Position numbers and translations under genes: made by a program
The notes under the pieces: generated by a model
The model's database searches: none
Seen by the model: the letters and a program-made list of their open reading frames with translations, nothing else
What the model was told of the DNA's origin: nothing
Shown here: positions 1 through 12,232 of the stretch, one piece after another
How positions within the stretch are numbered: the stretch's first letter is position 1
Layout: every line of letters starts with the position of its first letter
NCBI GenBank assembly: GCA_002633005.1
Contig: NMRA01000077.1
Coordinates: 682,001 to 746,000, forward strand
Length of the DNA: 64,000 bases
DNA from: Phoronis australis
Lineage: Eukaryota; Animalia; Phoronida
Direction of reading: 5' to 3'

Positions 1-209
1 AAGGGGTGGCCAGCCAGTCAGCAAGGGGTGGCCAGCCAGTCAGCACAGCCATCCTTAAAGATTGCCAGTGACTTCAGTCAACGTATTTTCTGCTTATTTT
101 GCATTTTCAACCTCATTTTAGTTGTAACTGAACGTAACTCCATAGTGTCCAAAATAACAAAACAGAAAAAATTGGTTAATTAACAAAACTATGAAACGCA
201 AACGTTTTT

Positions 210-341
210 ACGTCTGGTCTGCACGCCAGTTGTTGGCCACACTGACATGACCTCATGAACATCAGTCTGAAAATATCTGCCCCGACTGGGACTTGAACCG
301 AGGACCTTCTGCTAAACATGCAGACTGCCTACTGCTGAGTC
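210..341 (-). mobile_element. tRNA-derived SINE
   Basis: - strand reads agcagaaggtcctcGGTTCAAGTCCcagtcggggcag (B-box) then a body shared with the + copy at 372-495. Confidence 0.6.
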
Positions 342-371
342 TGATTAGATTTCTGTGGTGTGCATACTAAT

Positions 372-495
372 GGACTAGAGTGTCTGCTCAGTAGCAGAAG
401 GTCCCAGTTGGAGTCCCAGTCGGGGCAGAAATCTGTTCAGGCTCATGTTCATTAGGTCACGTGATGTGACCAACAGGTGGCGTGCACACCAGGCG
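372..495 (+). mobile_element. tRNA-derived SINE, inverted partner of 210-341
   Basis: agcagaaggtcccagttggagtcccagtcggggcag...ggcgtgcacaccag is reverse-complementary to 210-330. Confidence 0.6.
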
Positions 496-2146
496 ATCTA
501 TATTTCCACGCCGGTTTAAGATTAACATATTTACATATTCAAAAACTATAAAACGTGTTCAATCAGTTCTGATTTTTATAATCACAACTTCACAAATGTC
601 ACGTGATCACCTGAAGTTGTGTTAATCAAAGGTCAGACTGATGCATCATGTGATCTGGTATCACATCCAAGTCAGTATCACCGGACATGTTGTTCTTGCC
701 AGCGCGAGAATAAGAAAACATTGACAATTTACCTTGCTGTTTGTAAGCTGTTTTGTGACAGGTTTGCAGATTTTTTTTTGAAATCTTAGAACAGGACTAT
801 CTTTGAGGTTCTGTGAAGAAATGGGGTGAAAGTAAGTGATATTCCCCAAAATAATCGTAAAAAATTATAGTCATTGGTATTCTTTAAGACATCCTCTTGT
901 GTCCAAGTGTCACACATTCAACAAAATATTTGTATTGTTGTACTGTAATATTGTGTTGTAGAACCAACTCATGCTGCAGTCCAACTTCATGTTAACACTT
1001 CATTTAAATTTGCAGTTCTGGTATATTGTTGTATGTAGCCTAAGTTAGACTAAGTTGTTACTAATGACCCTATCCAAGAATGTGTAGACATTGTAGCAAA
1101 AAGTATGAATGTGAGACATATTTTCAAGTATCCCATGTATGTGTTAGTACATTCTATTAATGCTGTGAAATACGCTGTGAAATATAGGAATGTAGAGCCA
1201 ATCTGTATACAGTGGTAGAGGCCGTATTTCACAGATGGTGTAGTTTCCTGGTGGAGTAAATTGGCGTGTACGAAGGCAAATTTGATTAGACTCGTTCATG
1301 TGGGTTATCTAAAACATCCATCCAAAGCGTCGTTCCTGAAAAAGCAGTATATACTTTCAGCAAAGATTTACCGATGAAAATTCCGACGCATGGTGATCAT
1401 GCAGCTATTTTTAAGCCTCACAAGTTTTAATCTGGGTCATCATAAATTGGTCAGTGTCCTACATATCCCCTACAAAATCAGACAATAACCCAATTCATAT
1501 TAAACGAAAACATTTTGTTATGGATACATAAGGTATATCTACACTGGAAACTAACAAGTACAGGAAATTGTGACCTAATATCGAGTATGTGTTTTTTTTT
1601 TACTGATAGTCGTCTGCTCGCAGCATTCTTCAACTCTCCCTCGCTTGTAGCGTAAAATCTGTTTTTTTGCGATACAGTCCTTACGGTACCTCAAGTTCTG
1701 CGAATCTGAGCACAGTTTCCATCGTTATTTTCCAATGCTGTGATCAACATGGGGAAAATATTTCTATTACTGTTTCCATTCCAGAAGCTAAGACATGAAA
1801 ATAAATCTAGAAAATTAAGAAATTCATCATTATTAGCTAAAACCACACTTTTCAACTACACAACTGTTGGGTTATTGTGAGATTCCAGATGTATTGTTTC
1901 TATTTCCTACAAACTTTTAATATTATTGAGTGATTCATTGTTTTAACTTGTATATTTCACAAACTGAAATTTTTATAAATTTACTACGAAATAAAACTTT
2001 ACTGTCTAGTTATTCTACATCACTGATAATCTTGTTACTTATTTGGCGGGAGTATGCTTGCCACATATATGACGTCATATAACAAGCTAAACCACATGGC
2101 AACAAGATATCGCCGCGATGCAAATAAGTCCATATATATGGGATAA

Positions 2147-2317
2147 ATAGGTTATCCTACCTATATAGGAATACAGTACTGCAATATCCTGTCTCGAATT
2201 TTTTTCATCTGGGAATGTCCCTGCTGACGAGCTTTGGTCTCATTGGGACATTCCCAGATGAAATGAATTCTGGACAGGATATTGCAGTTGTAATCCTATG
2301 TATGTGGGATGACCTAT
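2147..2317. repeat. Long fold-back hairpin (~70 bp stem)
   Basis: actgcaatatcctgtc...catctgggaatgtccc / gggacattcccagatg...gacaggatattgcagt; a second imperfect IR at 2010-2126 has a central atatgacgtcatat palindrome. Confidence 0.85.
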
Positions 2318-3706
2318 ATGTTTATTGTTTGATCATTTGTGTGTATAAAATTGTTTTGCTGTTTTCTCATCACCATGCAAATTGGTTTGTCTTATGATTT
2401 TGGATGTTTTATGTCCGTTAGCTGAATATTTATTGCATAACTCACACTTGACTATTTTGATAAAAGGTATCTGCTCTTATTGATGTTACTACACTAGATA
2501 ACATGTAATTAAACTAGAAGATTCTTATAACAGAGACGACGATACCTTTCCATTTTCAACCATATTCTATGCCACCTTTTGATCATTTTTACTTTCCGAA
2601 AGCCAAATCTGTTGCTTTGTGATAGAATTTGTTTTGTGCAACAGGTCGCATTTTTTGTCCAGATGATACGATATTTATGCACAACGTGAAACTCGCAACT
2701 AGCTTGTGGCTTTTTGTTTTTCTACATAATCAGATTCAGTATTGTGGATATTGGCGGCCATCATACTGTATGCTCATAATTTTCTCATATAAAACAACAC
2801 ACATGCTACTTGTATGCAAATTTTCAACCTCTTTTCAAGATAGCAGATATTGGGACCTTTTTATTCAATGAAGTACCTTTAATTTTGCCTAAAACGCATT
2901 TTCTCCTACAGTCTACACTATGTATGCAATGATTTATGTTGGGAATATTTTATTTATTGATTGTACTTATTTTATTTATTGATTGTACACATTTTATTTA
3001 TTGATTGTACACATTTATTGACTTCCACTTGAACTTCAAAATGGCCCTCTGGTTGCCATTTTGTATTTCTCATAAACCGATTGAACAAACATTACGGATG
3101 CATGAAATACCCTACCATGACATAAACTGTAACAATACTTTTTGCAATACAGTCATGGGCACATTTCAATGCTTTGTATTGCTCTTGTTAAGTTTTTCAA
3201 CCATAATGAAAATGCTTGAATGGTCAGGCTTTCTCCCTCGGCTAGTAGTCATCATGTTAATGGTTTGCAAGTTCATTTGTTCTGAAGATCGGCAATTCAA
3301 TTAACTTTGAATTTTGCAGGGTATTAGCCGTATTCATGTAAGTGTGCTCACCTTAGCACAGACACGTACACCTGTGACTCGTGTGTGTGTTTAACATGCC
3401 TACTATCACTTTGCCTTGAGACATAGTGGCTGGGATGAGGAAGCACTACAGAAACACTTTAGCAATGTAAAATGGATTATGCTCCTCTGGGTTAGACATT
3501 ACTGGTTTAACAGCTTAAAATGCATTTTTGTATCACTTTTGCATGGTATAGACTTTTTGCAGTTACTAGCTTTGAACAGAGCTATAAAACTGCAACAAAA
3601 CCGTTTTGTTTTTTTTGATTTTACAAATTGCCAATTCTTGCTAGTGTCTACCTGTCAATCGCTGAAATCAAAGCCAGTGACATTCCAGGTAAATATGCTT
3701 AATAAT

Positions 3707-4222
3707 CTCGCCAGTTCCCTGGGTGTCCGCTAGGGGGTAGAGAACACGCAGGTATCGTTTAATTTTCCTCGGGTATTTTTTTTACTCCGGCTGGTCAAAG
3801 TCTAAACAGCTAGCGCTTTACGTAAATAAACTGGCGTGACTGATGGAGGAAGTGTAAATGTAGATATAGTTTGTGGTCTGTTGTACAAACAAATCAGTGC
3901 TTAATTCATGTTCAAGAAATGTGAATCGTAAAGTTGTGGTTGTGCATTTTCGTAGTGATGTCCCGTTGTATTCAAACGGTATGAATAACACACCGGTTAA
4001 ATCGGCCAGATGTGTGTGCATTGTATGTGCTTGAAGCACACGACTATAAAACATTACTGCAGAAACACAATATTTGCTGTCATGCCACTTGCATAACAAG
4101 GGTAAAAATCCTTCACAGTCTGCCCGGCATTTTCTTTCTTTGTTGTAAAGCTAACCAATGACTGTCGAGTTTATATCAGCATGTTCTCTACCCCCTAGGG
4201 GACACACAGGGAACTAGTCGAG
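3707..4222. mobile_element. MITE with ~45 bp TIRs
   Basis: ctcgccagttccctgggtgtccgctagggggtagagaaca ... tgttctctaccccctaggggacacacagggaactagtcgag. Confidence 0.75.
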
Positions 4223-4408
4223 GCTTAACAATGTGCCACTCATCGAGTGGAGTTTAGCTCACATCGGAACTTCCGATTACGATTGCGGGGGTTGAAGATT
4301 TGATTCCATGCTGAGACTGATAACAGAAAATCATTTTTCTCGCCGCTAATGTCCCTTTAATTCCCATTTGTGAAATTTCGTAAATTTGGCGGTTGATATC
4401 AAAGCTGT

Positions 4409-5201
4409 TACGGTAATTCCTCTAGGAGTTCTTGCAGTCTAATAATTTGTTTAGTCTCTTGAAATAACATATCTTCTAATAATGTGTCACTGTTGGGTAA
4501 TTTGCATGTGTGCATTAGTTGATAAAAACAATAAAATAATGTTATCACCTCCAATTATTAACATGCGATTTCTTCAGAAATGACAACTAACTGTCGTAGT
4601 CCGCTTTTCTCACCGTTACTCTCACTAACAGTATGTTGGCATTATCTTTGAATGACATGCTCAATTTGTCACAAGGTTGCACTTCAAAGAAAAATGGTCC
4701 TCTTTTTATTGTCTGAGTTATAACAGAAGTTGATCCCTTGCATGAGGCATCCATGGGATGAAAGTGAAGAGCTGAATGCATGCATTCATATACAGGTTGG
4801 ACCATTGTTTCACCGGCGCCACCTAGTGCATTTTGAACTTCTCATCAAATTATCTAATTTTTAGGTGCTTGTTTACCCGAGTTTCTTAAAGGAATTTCAG
4901 CCGATCTCATGATTGTGAAAATGCTACATTTGAACACTACTATAAAATAATGTTGCACTATAGATACCGGGTATATGGTAAATTCACTAATTTTGGACAA
5001 AAATAATTGCCAAATTTCAATCTTTTCATTTTTAAAGGCTTCATCTAGTGTTGAAGTGAATACCTGCAATTTCGCAAAATTTAATATGTTTAATAGAAAC
5101 TATTAACGCATTTCTTCGTCACCTTTCATATTTTAGGAAAAAATAAAATTAACCATTTGGTCGCTTTAATATAGTGTTCTTAATTGGTGAGATTTTACCG
5201 T
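4409..5201. mobile_element. Probable TA-flanked MITE; related ends at 28385-28627
   Basis: tacggtaattcctc ... gagattttaccgta inverted ends. Confidence 0.45.
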
Positions 5202-5460
5202 ACTAAGATTGCTTATGTGGTGCTGTAAATGACATTCTCTACATACATATGAGTGTGTATGCTGTAAATGTATTCAACTTTGTACTAGATTCTGCAATGT
5301 ATTCAATGACTCGGTTATATTATTTATTAAATAACCATATTTTATTTGTTCTGCAACCATAAAAAACTGACTGCTTTAAGGGTCAGGAAGTAACATATTC
5401 TGTACGTAACTGACTGTGGTGACATATTGTTCACATTCGTTCTAAGCTTGTGACAAGTGG

Positions 5461-5848
5461 GTTACTAATGCAGATCATAACCAACAGTGGTTGTTTTGTG
5501 TAGAATGTTACTAATGTAGATCATAACCAATAGTGGTTGTCTTGTGTAGTATGTTACTATGCAGATCATAACCAACAGTGGTTGTCTTGTGTAGTATGTT
5601 ACTATGCAGATCATAACCAACAGTGGTTGTCTTGTGTAGAATGTTACTAATGTAGATCATAACCAATAGTGGTTGTCTTGTGTAGTATGTTACTATACAG
5701 ATCATAACCAATAGTGGTTGTCTTGTGTAGTATGTTACTATGCAGATCATAACCAATAGTGGTTGTCTTGACGTGTAACTATGCAGGTCATAACCAATCT
5801 TGTACAGTGGGTTACTGTGCAGATCATAACCAGCAGTTGTTGTCTTGT
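5461..5848. repeat. Minisatellite, ~45 bp unit, ~9 copies
   Basis: gcagatcataaccaacagtggttgtcttgtgtagtatgttactat repeated. Confidence 0.95.
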
Positions 5849-5867
5849 TAAAAATGTGCAATCTCCC

Positions 5868-6428
5868 TTACTAGGAGACAGGGTGTGACATAGATGGTCA
5901 AACATTACAACGGACTCAAATTGGCTTTCGACAGCGACTGTGATACCCAGTGTCATGCGTTTGGTAGCAGTCACTGGACATAAGTTGACACCTATGTCAC
6001 AATTCAACGAGGTTGCTGAGTAGAAATCTTGATAAACTCCTTGATCTTACGTGAGTGCTAATTAGACTCCTTGCCAATATTGTTGACGTTCTCCACGGAG
6101 ATGGAATGGCCGCTCACAATCATGTTTTCACCAACAGCTGTAGGTTTATCCAGTTTTCCAGGAGTAATGTTGACGTTCTCCACGGAGATGAAATGGTGGT
6201 CACGATCATGTGTTTACCAAAGGCTGTAGATTTATCTGGTTTTCAGGAGTTTGATTGGCACTCGTATAAGATCAAGGAGTTTTTCAAGATTTGTACTCAG
6301 CACCCCCTGTTGAACCTTGACCTAGCTGTCACCTTACCTGCTGTGTACAGTCGACTGGCGACAGGTATCTCAGTCCCTGATGAAAGCCGATTGTAGTCAT
6401 CTGAAACGTTACACCCTGTCTCCTAGTA
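5868..6428. mobile_element. Penelope-like retroelement 3' relic in inverted arrangement, with decayed hammerhead
   Basis: 6247-6360 encodes EFDWHSYKIKEFFKI...PLLNLDLAVTLPAVY (GIY-YIG C-terminal-like); CTGATGA...GAAAC at 6377-6407; inverted copy at 5868-6070. Confidence 0.65.
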
Positions 6429-6740
6429 ATTGAGTTTGCGTATTTTTAAGGTGCAATTAGGATACACCTATGTTGGTCATAGCAGGAGAAAGTTGAAAAT
6501 AAAAACTGAGACGTGATTCATATCCAAGACGACATTTTGGTTTATTAACATAAACCATCGTCTCCTGTTACTATGGCCAAAAACTCAGTGTTGTAGATCA
6601 TAACCATCAGTGGTTGGTATGGTTATGTTATGGTTATTGCTTTGTCATGTAGTATAGGATCTTGCAATAACAATAAAGTTATGAAAGCCTGTTCTTTCAT
6701 AGACTTGCATGGTATTCATTTGCCCAATTTATCTCTGTAG

Positions 6741-7196
6741 GTGCTTTCTCTTGGTGCCGATGTTCTACCCGAATACAAGATGCAATCGCCCAAAATCCAT
6801 AAGTGCACAATCTTGCACTACTCACCATTCAAGGCCGTCTGGGATTGGCTGATACTGATCCTCGTCATCTACACAGCCATCTTTACCCCCTACATGGCCG
6901 CCTTCCTCCTCAGTGAGGAGGAGAACACGATTAAACACAGCACAGGACACAATAAACGTCTGGAGGCAGCGGCGGAACGATACAAAAGCCCACTGACTAT
7001 TATTGATCTTATTGTGGACATTATGTTTATCATTGATATATTTATTAATTTCCGCACAACGTATGTGAATAAGAATGATGAGGTGGTTTCCCATCCGGGT
7101 AAGATAGCTGTACATTACTTCAAAGGATGGTTTCTAATCGACATGGTGGCTGCCATTCCGTTTGACCTGCTGTTGTTTGGTAGTAACACAGATGAG
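6741..7196 (+). CDS. KCNH2: ERG (KCNH2/6/7-like) K+ channel exon, S1-S3
   Basis: ctctgtag|GTG acceptor and GAG|gtgagt donor; encodes [13 protein letters not shown]...[14 protein letters not shown]...[12 protein letters not shown]...[20 protein letters not shown], closely matching ERG; phase 0/0. Confidence 0.97.
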
Positions 7197-7220
7197 GTGA
7201 GTTTGATCATCAACTGAGCA

Positions 7221-7461
7221 GTGGTCCGTAGACCCAAGACATATGCCAGACACTTGTGGCGAGAAATCCTCGCTTCCATTGCAAAAGAAACAATGACTTC
7301 TATCCCATAACTAACATGTCAACCTCACTGATCAGTCACTTGCTAGGCTATGTTAGTAAGTTCTTGAGCATATTCGCGAACACTCAGCTTTCATTCGCAT
7401 GATTTCACATGGTCTTGCGTGATTTTGCTTTTTGACAAGATTCTTGGGTCTACTGAAATCA
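7221..7461. mobile_element. Small MITE; related inverted copy at 54091-54298
   Basis: gtggtccgtagacccaag ... cttgggtctactgaaatcac; internal sequence shared with 54091-54298. Confidence 0.65.
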
Positions 7462-8035
7462 CATCAGATCTTTGAGTATCAAGTTTTGTATCAGCACATC
7501 AACTCTAAATTTTCTTTAACTACATTAATTTGCTGTTTTTCATAAGTCTTAGCAAAATTTTTAAGTTCATAAGATCTTCGTACCCGAATAAGAATAAGTA
7601 ATGTTTTGTTCTCCCAAATTGAAGAATATTTGCTGCAGTAACGTTAATAAGTCAGAGAAATCAATGTTGAGTGCTTGACAAAAACAATCTGAATTCTTGA
7701 AAGCAACGTACTGTGCCAAGCTAAATAGAGTCTTTAATGATGGTGAAAATAATTCTCTTTTCATCCTAGAGTAATGTATATTTGATGACCAAAGGAAAAT
7801 GACAATCAAATCCAATAACTGTGTCTATTAACTCGATCATCAAGAAATACACTACATAGAATACATCTACTGCCATGGACAGAGTGACCACGAGGTCTGG
7901 CTCTCCATCATATGACTAAGTCATACGCTACATCAATGATACACGAGAACACGCCCTCTATATGGTACTAGACCAGCGCCCTCTATATGGTACTAGACCA
8001 GTTGCTATAGATGTTGGTTTAACTTCTTATTTCAG

Positions 8036-8201
8036 ACAACTACTCTGATTGGTTTGTTAAAGACTGCTCGGCTGCTTCGTCTAGTGCGAGTTGTACGTAA
8101 ACTGGACCGCTACTCTGAGTATGGTGCAGCAGTGCTAATGTTGTTAATGGCAGTCTTCACACTGATAGCTCATTGGCTAGCCTGTATATGGTATACAATA
8201 G
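8036..8201 (+). CDS. KCNH2: ERG channel exon, S4 voltage sensor and S5
   Basis: tttcag|ACA acceptor, G|gtaagg donor; [56 protein letters not shown]. Confidence 0.97.
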
Positions 8202-8400
8202 GTAAGGTCAACTGGAACACCAATCACTGTAATGAAGATCTGCCCCGAGAGATATTTGCCAGTAACAGATTTTGCAAAAGAATATCAGGTTTAAAAACAA
8301 TTTTGTCCTCTTCTTTTCAGTTAAAAACTCCATAGGAGAGGTTTGACCACAATCCATTCTAACTGAAACTTATTCTCAGATGACGTTCTTTCAACATATA

Positions 8401-9054
8401 CCGTATTCGCCCTAATAAGCACCCATGTTCCTATAAGCGACCCTCACGCGTTTTCAGACTTAGCTAATATAAGCGCCCAGCCCATGAACATGTACATGCG
8501 AAAAATGCCTTACCTACAGTTCAAAAATTCTACAGTAACGTCTTCAATTTATCAATAAGATCCGACAGTCCTGAAAAATACATTGTGCGTAGAATTTGTA
8601 AACCCCGAGCCTCGCCACTATGTATTTAGCCGTGACTATACACTTCAAACTTCCGCAGGAATTTAAAAATCTTAGGAATGTTACTTTGAAAACTTAAGGA
8701 GGGCTTCAAGTAATTTGTTCACTCAAAACTGTATTTTTATTCAAGAATTCAAGTTGCCCTATTGGTGATCGCGAGGCACCAACGCATCAGTTGCTGAATT
8801 TTCGCCTTGGGATTTCAATACAATTTTCTGAAAAATGATAGTAATTTAACAACAAAGTTTGATAGCAATGCACCACAATTATGTAGAAAGTCTGTCATAG
8901 GTTACAGATACGTCACAGAACGTAAATTTGATGAATCCTGGCTTACGAATTCGCCCATTTTGGAGACCAGGTTTCAAGCGTCTTAGGCTGTTAAGCGCCC
9001 CCCCCTGAAACGAATTTTTCTAAGTGCCCTGGGTGCTTATTAGGGCGAATATGG
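8401..9054. mobile_element. Non-autonomous pogo/Tc1-like TIR element, copy 1 (internally deleted)
   Basis: TA|ccgtattcgccctaataagcaccca ... tgggtgcttattagggcgaatatgg|TA; homologous to 10024-11355 and 35685-37117. Confidence 0.9.
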
Positions 9055-9129
9055 TAACCGGAATTAAACGAGAAATTTTCTAAATCATTTTGCAATTTAT
9101 ATTGGTGCACCAATGAAATGGCTGGCAGA

Positions 9130-9188
9130 GTTGAACAAGATTGAACAAGATTGAACAAGATTGAACAAGATTGAACAAGATTGAACAA
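9130..9188. repeat. 10-bp tandem repeat
   Basis: (ttgaacaaga) ~6 copies. Confidence 0.95.
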
Positions 9189-9410
9189 TTTGTTATAAGT
9201 AATTAGCCGTAGCAATAAGTTAACATCTGTTGTGAACCAATGAAGAAAGTTAAGTTACAGTGAGCACTAATCCTGCTATATGATAAAATTGACCATTCAA
9301 TAAGAACAACCAGTTCTGTTGTGTCTCAGTTCTAGTATATAAATCTTATTTATCACTAAATTTGGGTATTCAACATGTGTGGAGATTCATTTTGGGAAGA
9401 TCTTGGTTAT

Positions 9411-9530
9411 GGAGTGTGGTGGCAGCACTGTTCATGTTGTTTATCACAGTCTTCTTACTGATAACTCTCTGGCTAACCTGTATATGTGGGTATTCATAAC
9501 TTAGGTCCATCATGTCAATCTGCGTAATGA
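9411..9530 (+). pseudogene. Decayed duplicate of the S5 half of exon 8036-8201 plus adjacent intron
   Basis: gcagcactgttcatgttgtttatcacagtcttcttactgataactctctggctaacctgtatatg aligns with gcagcagtgctaatgttgttaatggcagtcttcacactgatagctcattggctagcctgtatatg. Confidence 0.75.
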
Positions 9531-10023
9531 AATTGAGGTGCTCTCGACTGCGTATGGTGTGGACACAAGTGCAACTAAAGTATCGTAGTTTTTCTCACTG
9601 GTTCCTTTGCATGCTCAGCTATTACCATGGGACTGTGATTCTCGTGACTATGCTCTGAATTGGTGTCACCCACCATATTTAACCAATATACCATACACGC
9701 ATCCAGCCTTCAATATGGGGGGGCCTCGAATTCCTAACATTGTGGACCTTTTGGTAACAAAATAGCCGGCAGACCAAAAAAAAAAAAATAAGGGCGCACC
9801 ACTGTGAATTGCGCGTTTTTGCTTGTTTAGTGTAAACTTTTTGTTTTTCGCAGGCGGACCTTCGCCAAATGGGGTGCGTGCATGTATACTTATGAAAAAT
9901 TGAGCTGGGACAACTAGTTCACTTTAGTACACAATGTGCTATGCTTAGTGTTGACCATTTAACAACACATTTTCTGAAATTTTTGACTATTTGTAGCAAT
10001 GCAGTCACAATTTTAATAATTTA

Positions 10024-11355
10024 ACGTATTCGCCCTAATAAGCTTCCATGCCCCTATAAGCGCCCCCCATGCGTTTTCAGACTTTGCTAAAATGAGCGCC
10101 CAGTCCAAGAACGCCGTGTACATGCAAAAAATGCCTTACCTACAGTTCTAAAATTCTACAGTAACGTCTTAAATTTATCAATAAGATCCGACAGTCCCGA
10201 AAAAATCATTGTGCATAGAATTTGTAGACCACAAGCCTCGCCGCTATGTCGGTATTTCACTGTGACTATACGCTTCAAACTTCTGCTGTGCTTTAAAAAG
10301 AACGCAAGCGTGAATCGGAAGACTTATAAAAACTTGACCATTGTTCAGTTAAAAGCACGTGGCCAGGAAGCGCGCGCTACGTTCAAGTACCTGTCATCGA
10401 AGATTAGGCTTCGGGAACTATCTATTCGTGAAACAGGTAGCATAACATTGGCAAAAAATAAATTCTGGCACTTATTTCCGAAAGTTTCTAATGCCTTAAA
10501 AAACGTTTGCGTTATTTTTAAGGGATGATTATTTCATTAGTAGTAATGTCAAAATGACCCACTATAGTGAACACTTCCGCACCCTTACACCCCAAATCTC
10601 CCGAAAGATAACTGTTAGACTGTCACGCATCCAGTCATCCGGCGACTCAGTGACATCGGCCTTACTGAGACAATTCTGGAACATTTTTTAGCAGATGAGA
10701 TCAACAAGTGCTAAATAAAACATTCTGTTTTACTGCTTGTGTTAATTTCCTTAGTTACAATGAACACCTAAATCGTAACGTTGCGTTTACTCTGGCAAAT
10801 GAACTCTGATGACACGCACGTGCTCGCTCGCTCTTACAATACGCAGACAAACTTCAAAATAAACGTCACGTGATAACATGTCTGTTCGTTCAGAGAATTT
10901 TCTCGTGCTGCAGAGTATGATCTAGCACAGATGTGGACTTAATATTCTGTTAATTCTGACTCCACAGGAACTTAAAAATCTTAGGGACACTATTTTGAAA
11001 ACTTAAGGAGGACTTCAGGTAATTTGTTGAATCGAAACTATATTTTTACTCAAGAATTCAAGTTCACCTATTGGTGATTGCGAGGCAGCGACGCATCAGT
11101 CGGCGAGTTTTCGCACTGGGATTTTCTGAAAAATGCTCGTAATGACAAGAAAGTTTGATAGCAATGTATTGCAATTTTATAGAAAGTCTGTCATAGGTTA
11201 CAGGTGAGTCACAGAGCATAAATTTGATGAATTCTAGCTTACGATTTCACCTGTTTCGGAGACCGGGTTTCAACCACTTTTGTGCAATGATAAGCGCCCC
11301 CCTTCCTGAAGCGAATTTTTCTAAGCGCCTTGGGCGCTTATTAGAGCGAATATGG
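10024..11355. mobile_element. pogo/Tc1-like TIR element, copy 2, with HIRAN-like ORF remnant on - strand (10156-10341)
   Basis: TA-flanked cgtattcgccctaataagc ... gcttattagagcgaatatgg; - strand LAFFLKHSRSLKRIVTVKYRHSGEACGLQILCTMIFSGLSDLIDKFKTLL*. Confidence 0.9.
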
Positions 11356-11512
11356 TATTAGTGATGATTTTGTATTATTTTGCGCAAAATAACTTAGTGA
11401 GTGCACAGCTGCACTGCATCAAATTAAGGGAAAATGTACCTATAACTTCCTTGACCTCAATTTCTTACATTGGAAATATGATGTGGAAAGTTTAATGGAC
11501 TATTGTTTCCAG

Positions 11513-11758
11513 GAAATTTTGAGCGGAACAATCCTGAGAACTCTGAAGGTACGCGTAATGGCTGGCTGAACGATCTGGCCGTTCAGACCCACCAACTGTA
11601 TAATGAGAGTGACCACACATCGGGGCCAAGCATCAAGTCCAAGTATATTACCGCGTTGTATTTCACCTTCAGCAGCCTGACGTCCGTGGGATTTGGTAAC
11701 GTGTCACCAAACACAAACTCAGAGAAGATATTCAGTATATGCGTCATGTTGATAGGAT
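11513..11758 (+). CDS. KCNH2: ERG channel exon, turret, pore helix, selectivity filter, start of S6
   Basis: tttccag|GA acceptor, T|gtgagt donor; [10 protein letters not shown]...[39 protein letters not shown]. Confidence 0.97.
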
Positions 11759-12232
11759 GTGAGTAGACTGTGTTTTAAATTATGAAGTTATTGATCATCA
11801 CACTGCGATGTACTTTTACCAGTGTTGGTGACATTTTCTCTAGCTTCTGACATGCTGCTCATATCACTCTGTTTCCCAGTGTCTTAGTCCTCCTAGCCAT
11901 CAGTAGAGTGGATCTATTCAGTCAGGGTAATTATCAGATCACATCTAAACAGAAGGTTTGAAAGTATCCACGCTGTATTTTCCATTTTGTTTTGTGGACA
12001 TGAAAACCAATGGAAACGATGAAATCTGAATAGATGAATAGAGGATTAAAGATATGATTAGACTATGTAGCTTCTTGAATTTTCAAAATTTGTCAAGTAC
12101 AGCAATTTGTCATCAAAAACCTAAGACTTCAGCTCTTCATTGGAAGCATGGCATACCAATGTACTTATACGCACCACTAACTCACAATACAAGCTGTGGG
12201 TGAAAGAGCATGGATAAAACTGGTTCATGGGG

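Noticed and set aside
270-341. Possible tRNA gene (also 21563-21630 and 31975-32030)
   Set aside because: Only B-box/T-arm-like parts are recognisable, with no complete cloverleaf; best explained as SINE heads
1-6740. PAS/eag domain or ERG1b-like first exon
   Set aside because: No PAS-like coding sequence or convincing ATG-to-donor exon seen; N-terminal exons are presumably upstream, so presence of PAS cannot be judged
6822-7115. Antisense ORFs over ERG and GLCCI1 exons
   Set aside because: Shadow frames of real exons
10211-10528. + strand ORF repeated at 36126-36314 (LKARGQEARATFKYLSSKI...)
   Set aside because: Similarity reflects the shared TIR element; no recognisable domain, and the motif-bearing frame is on the - strand
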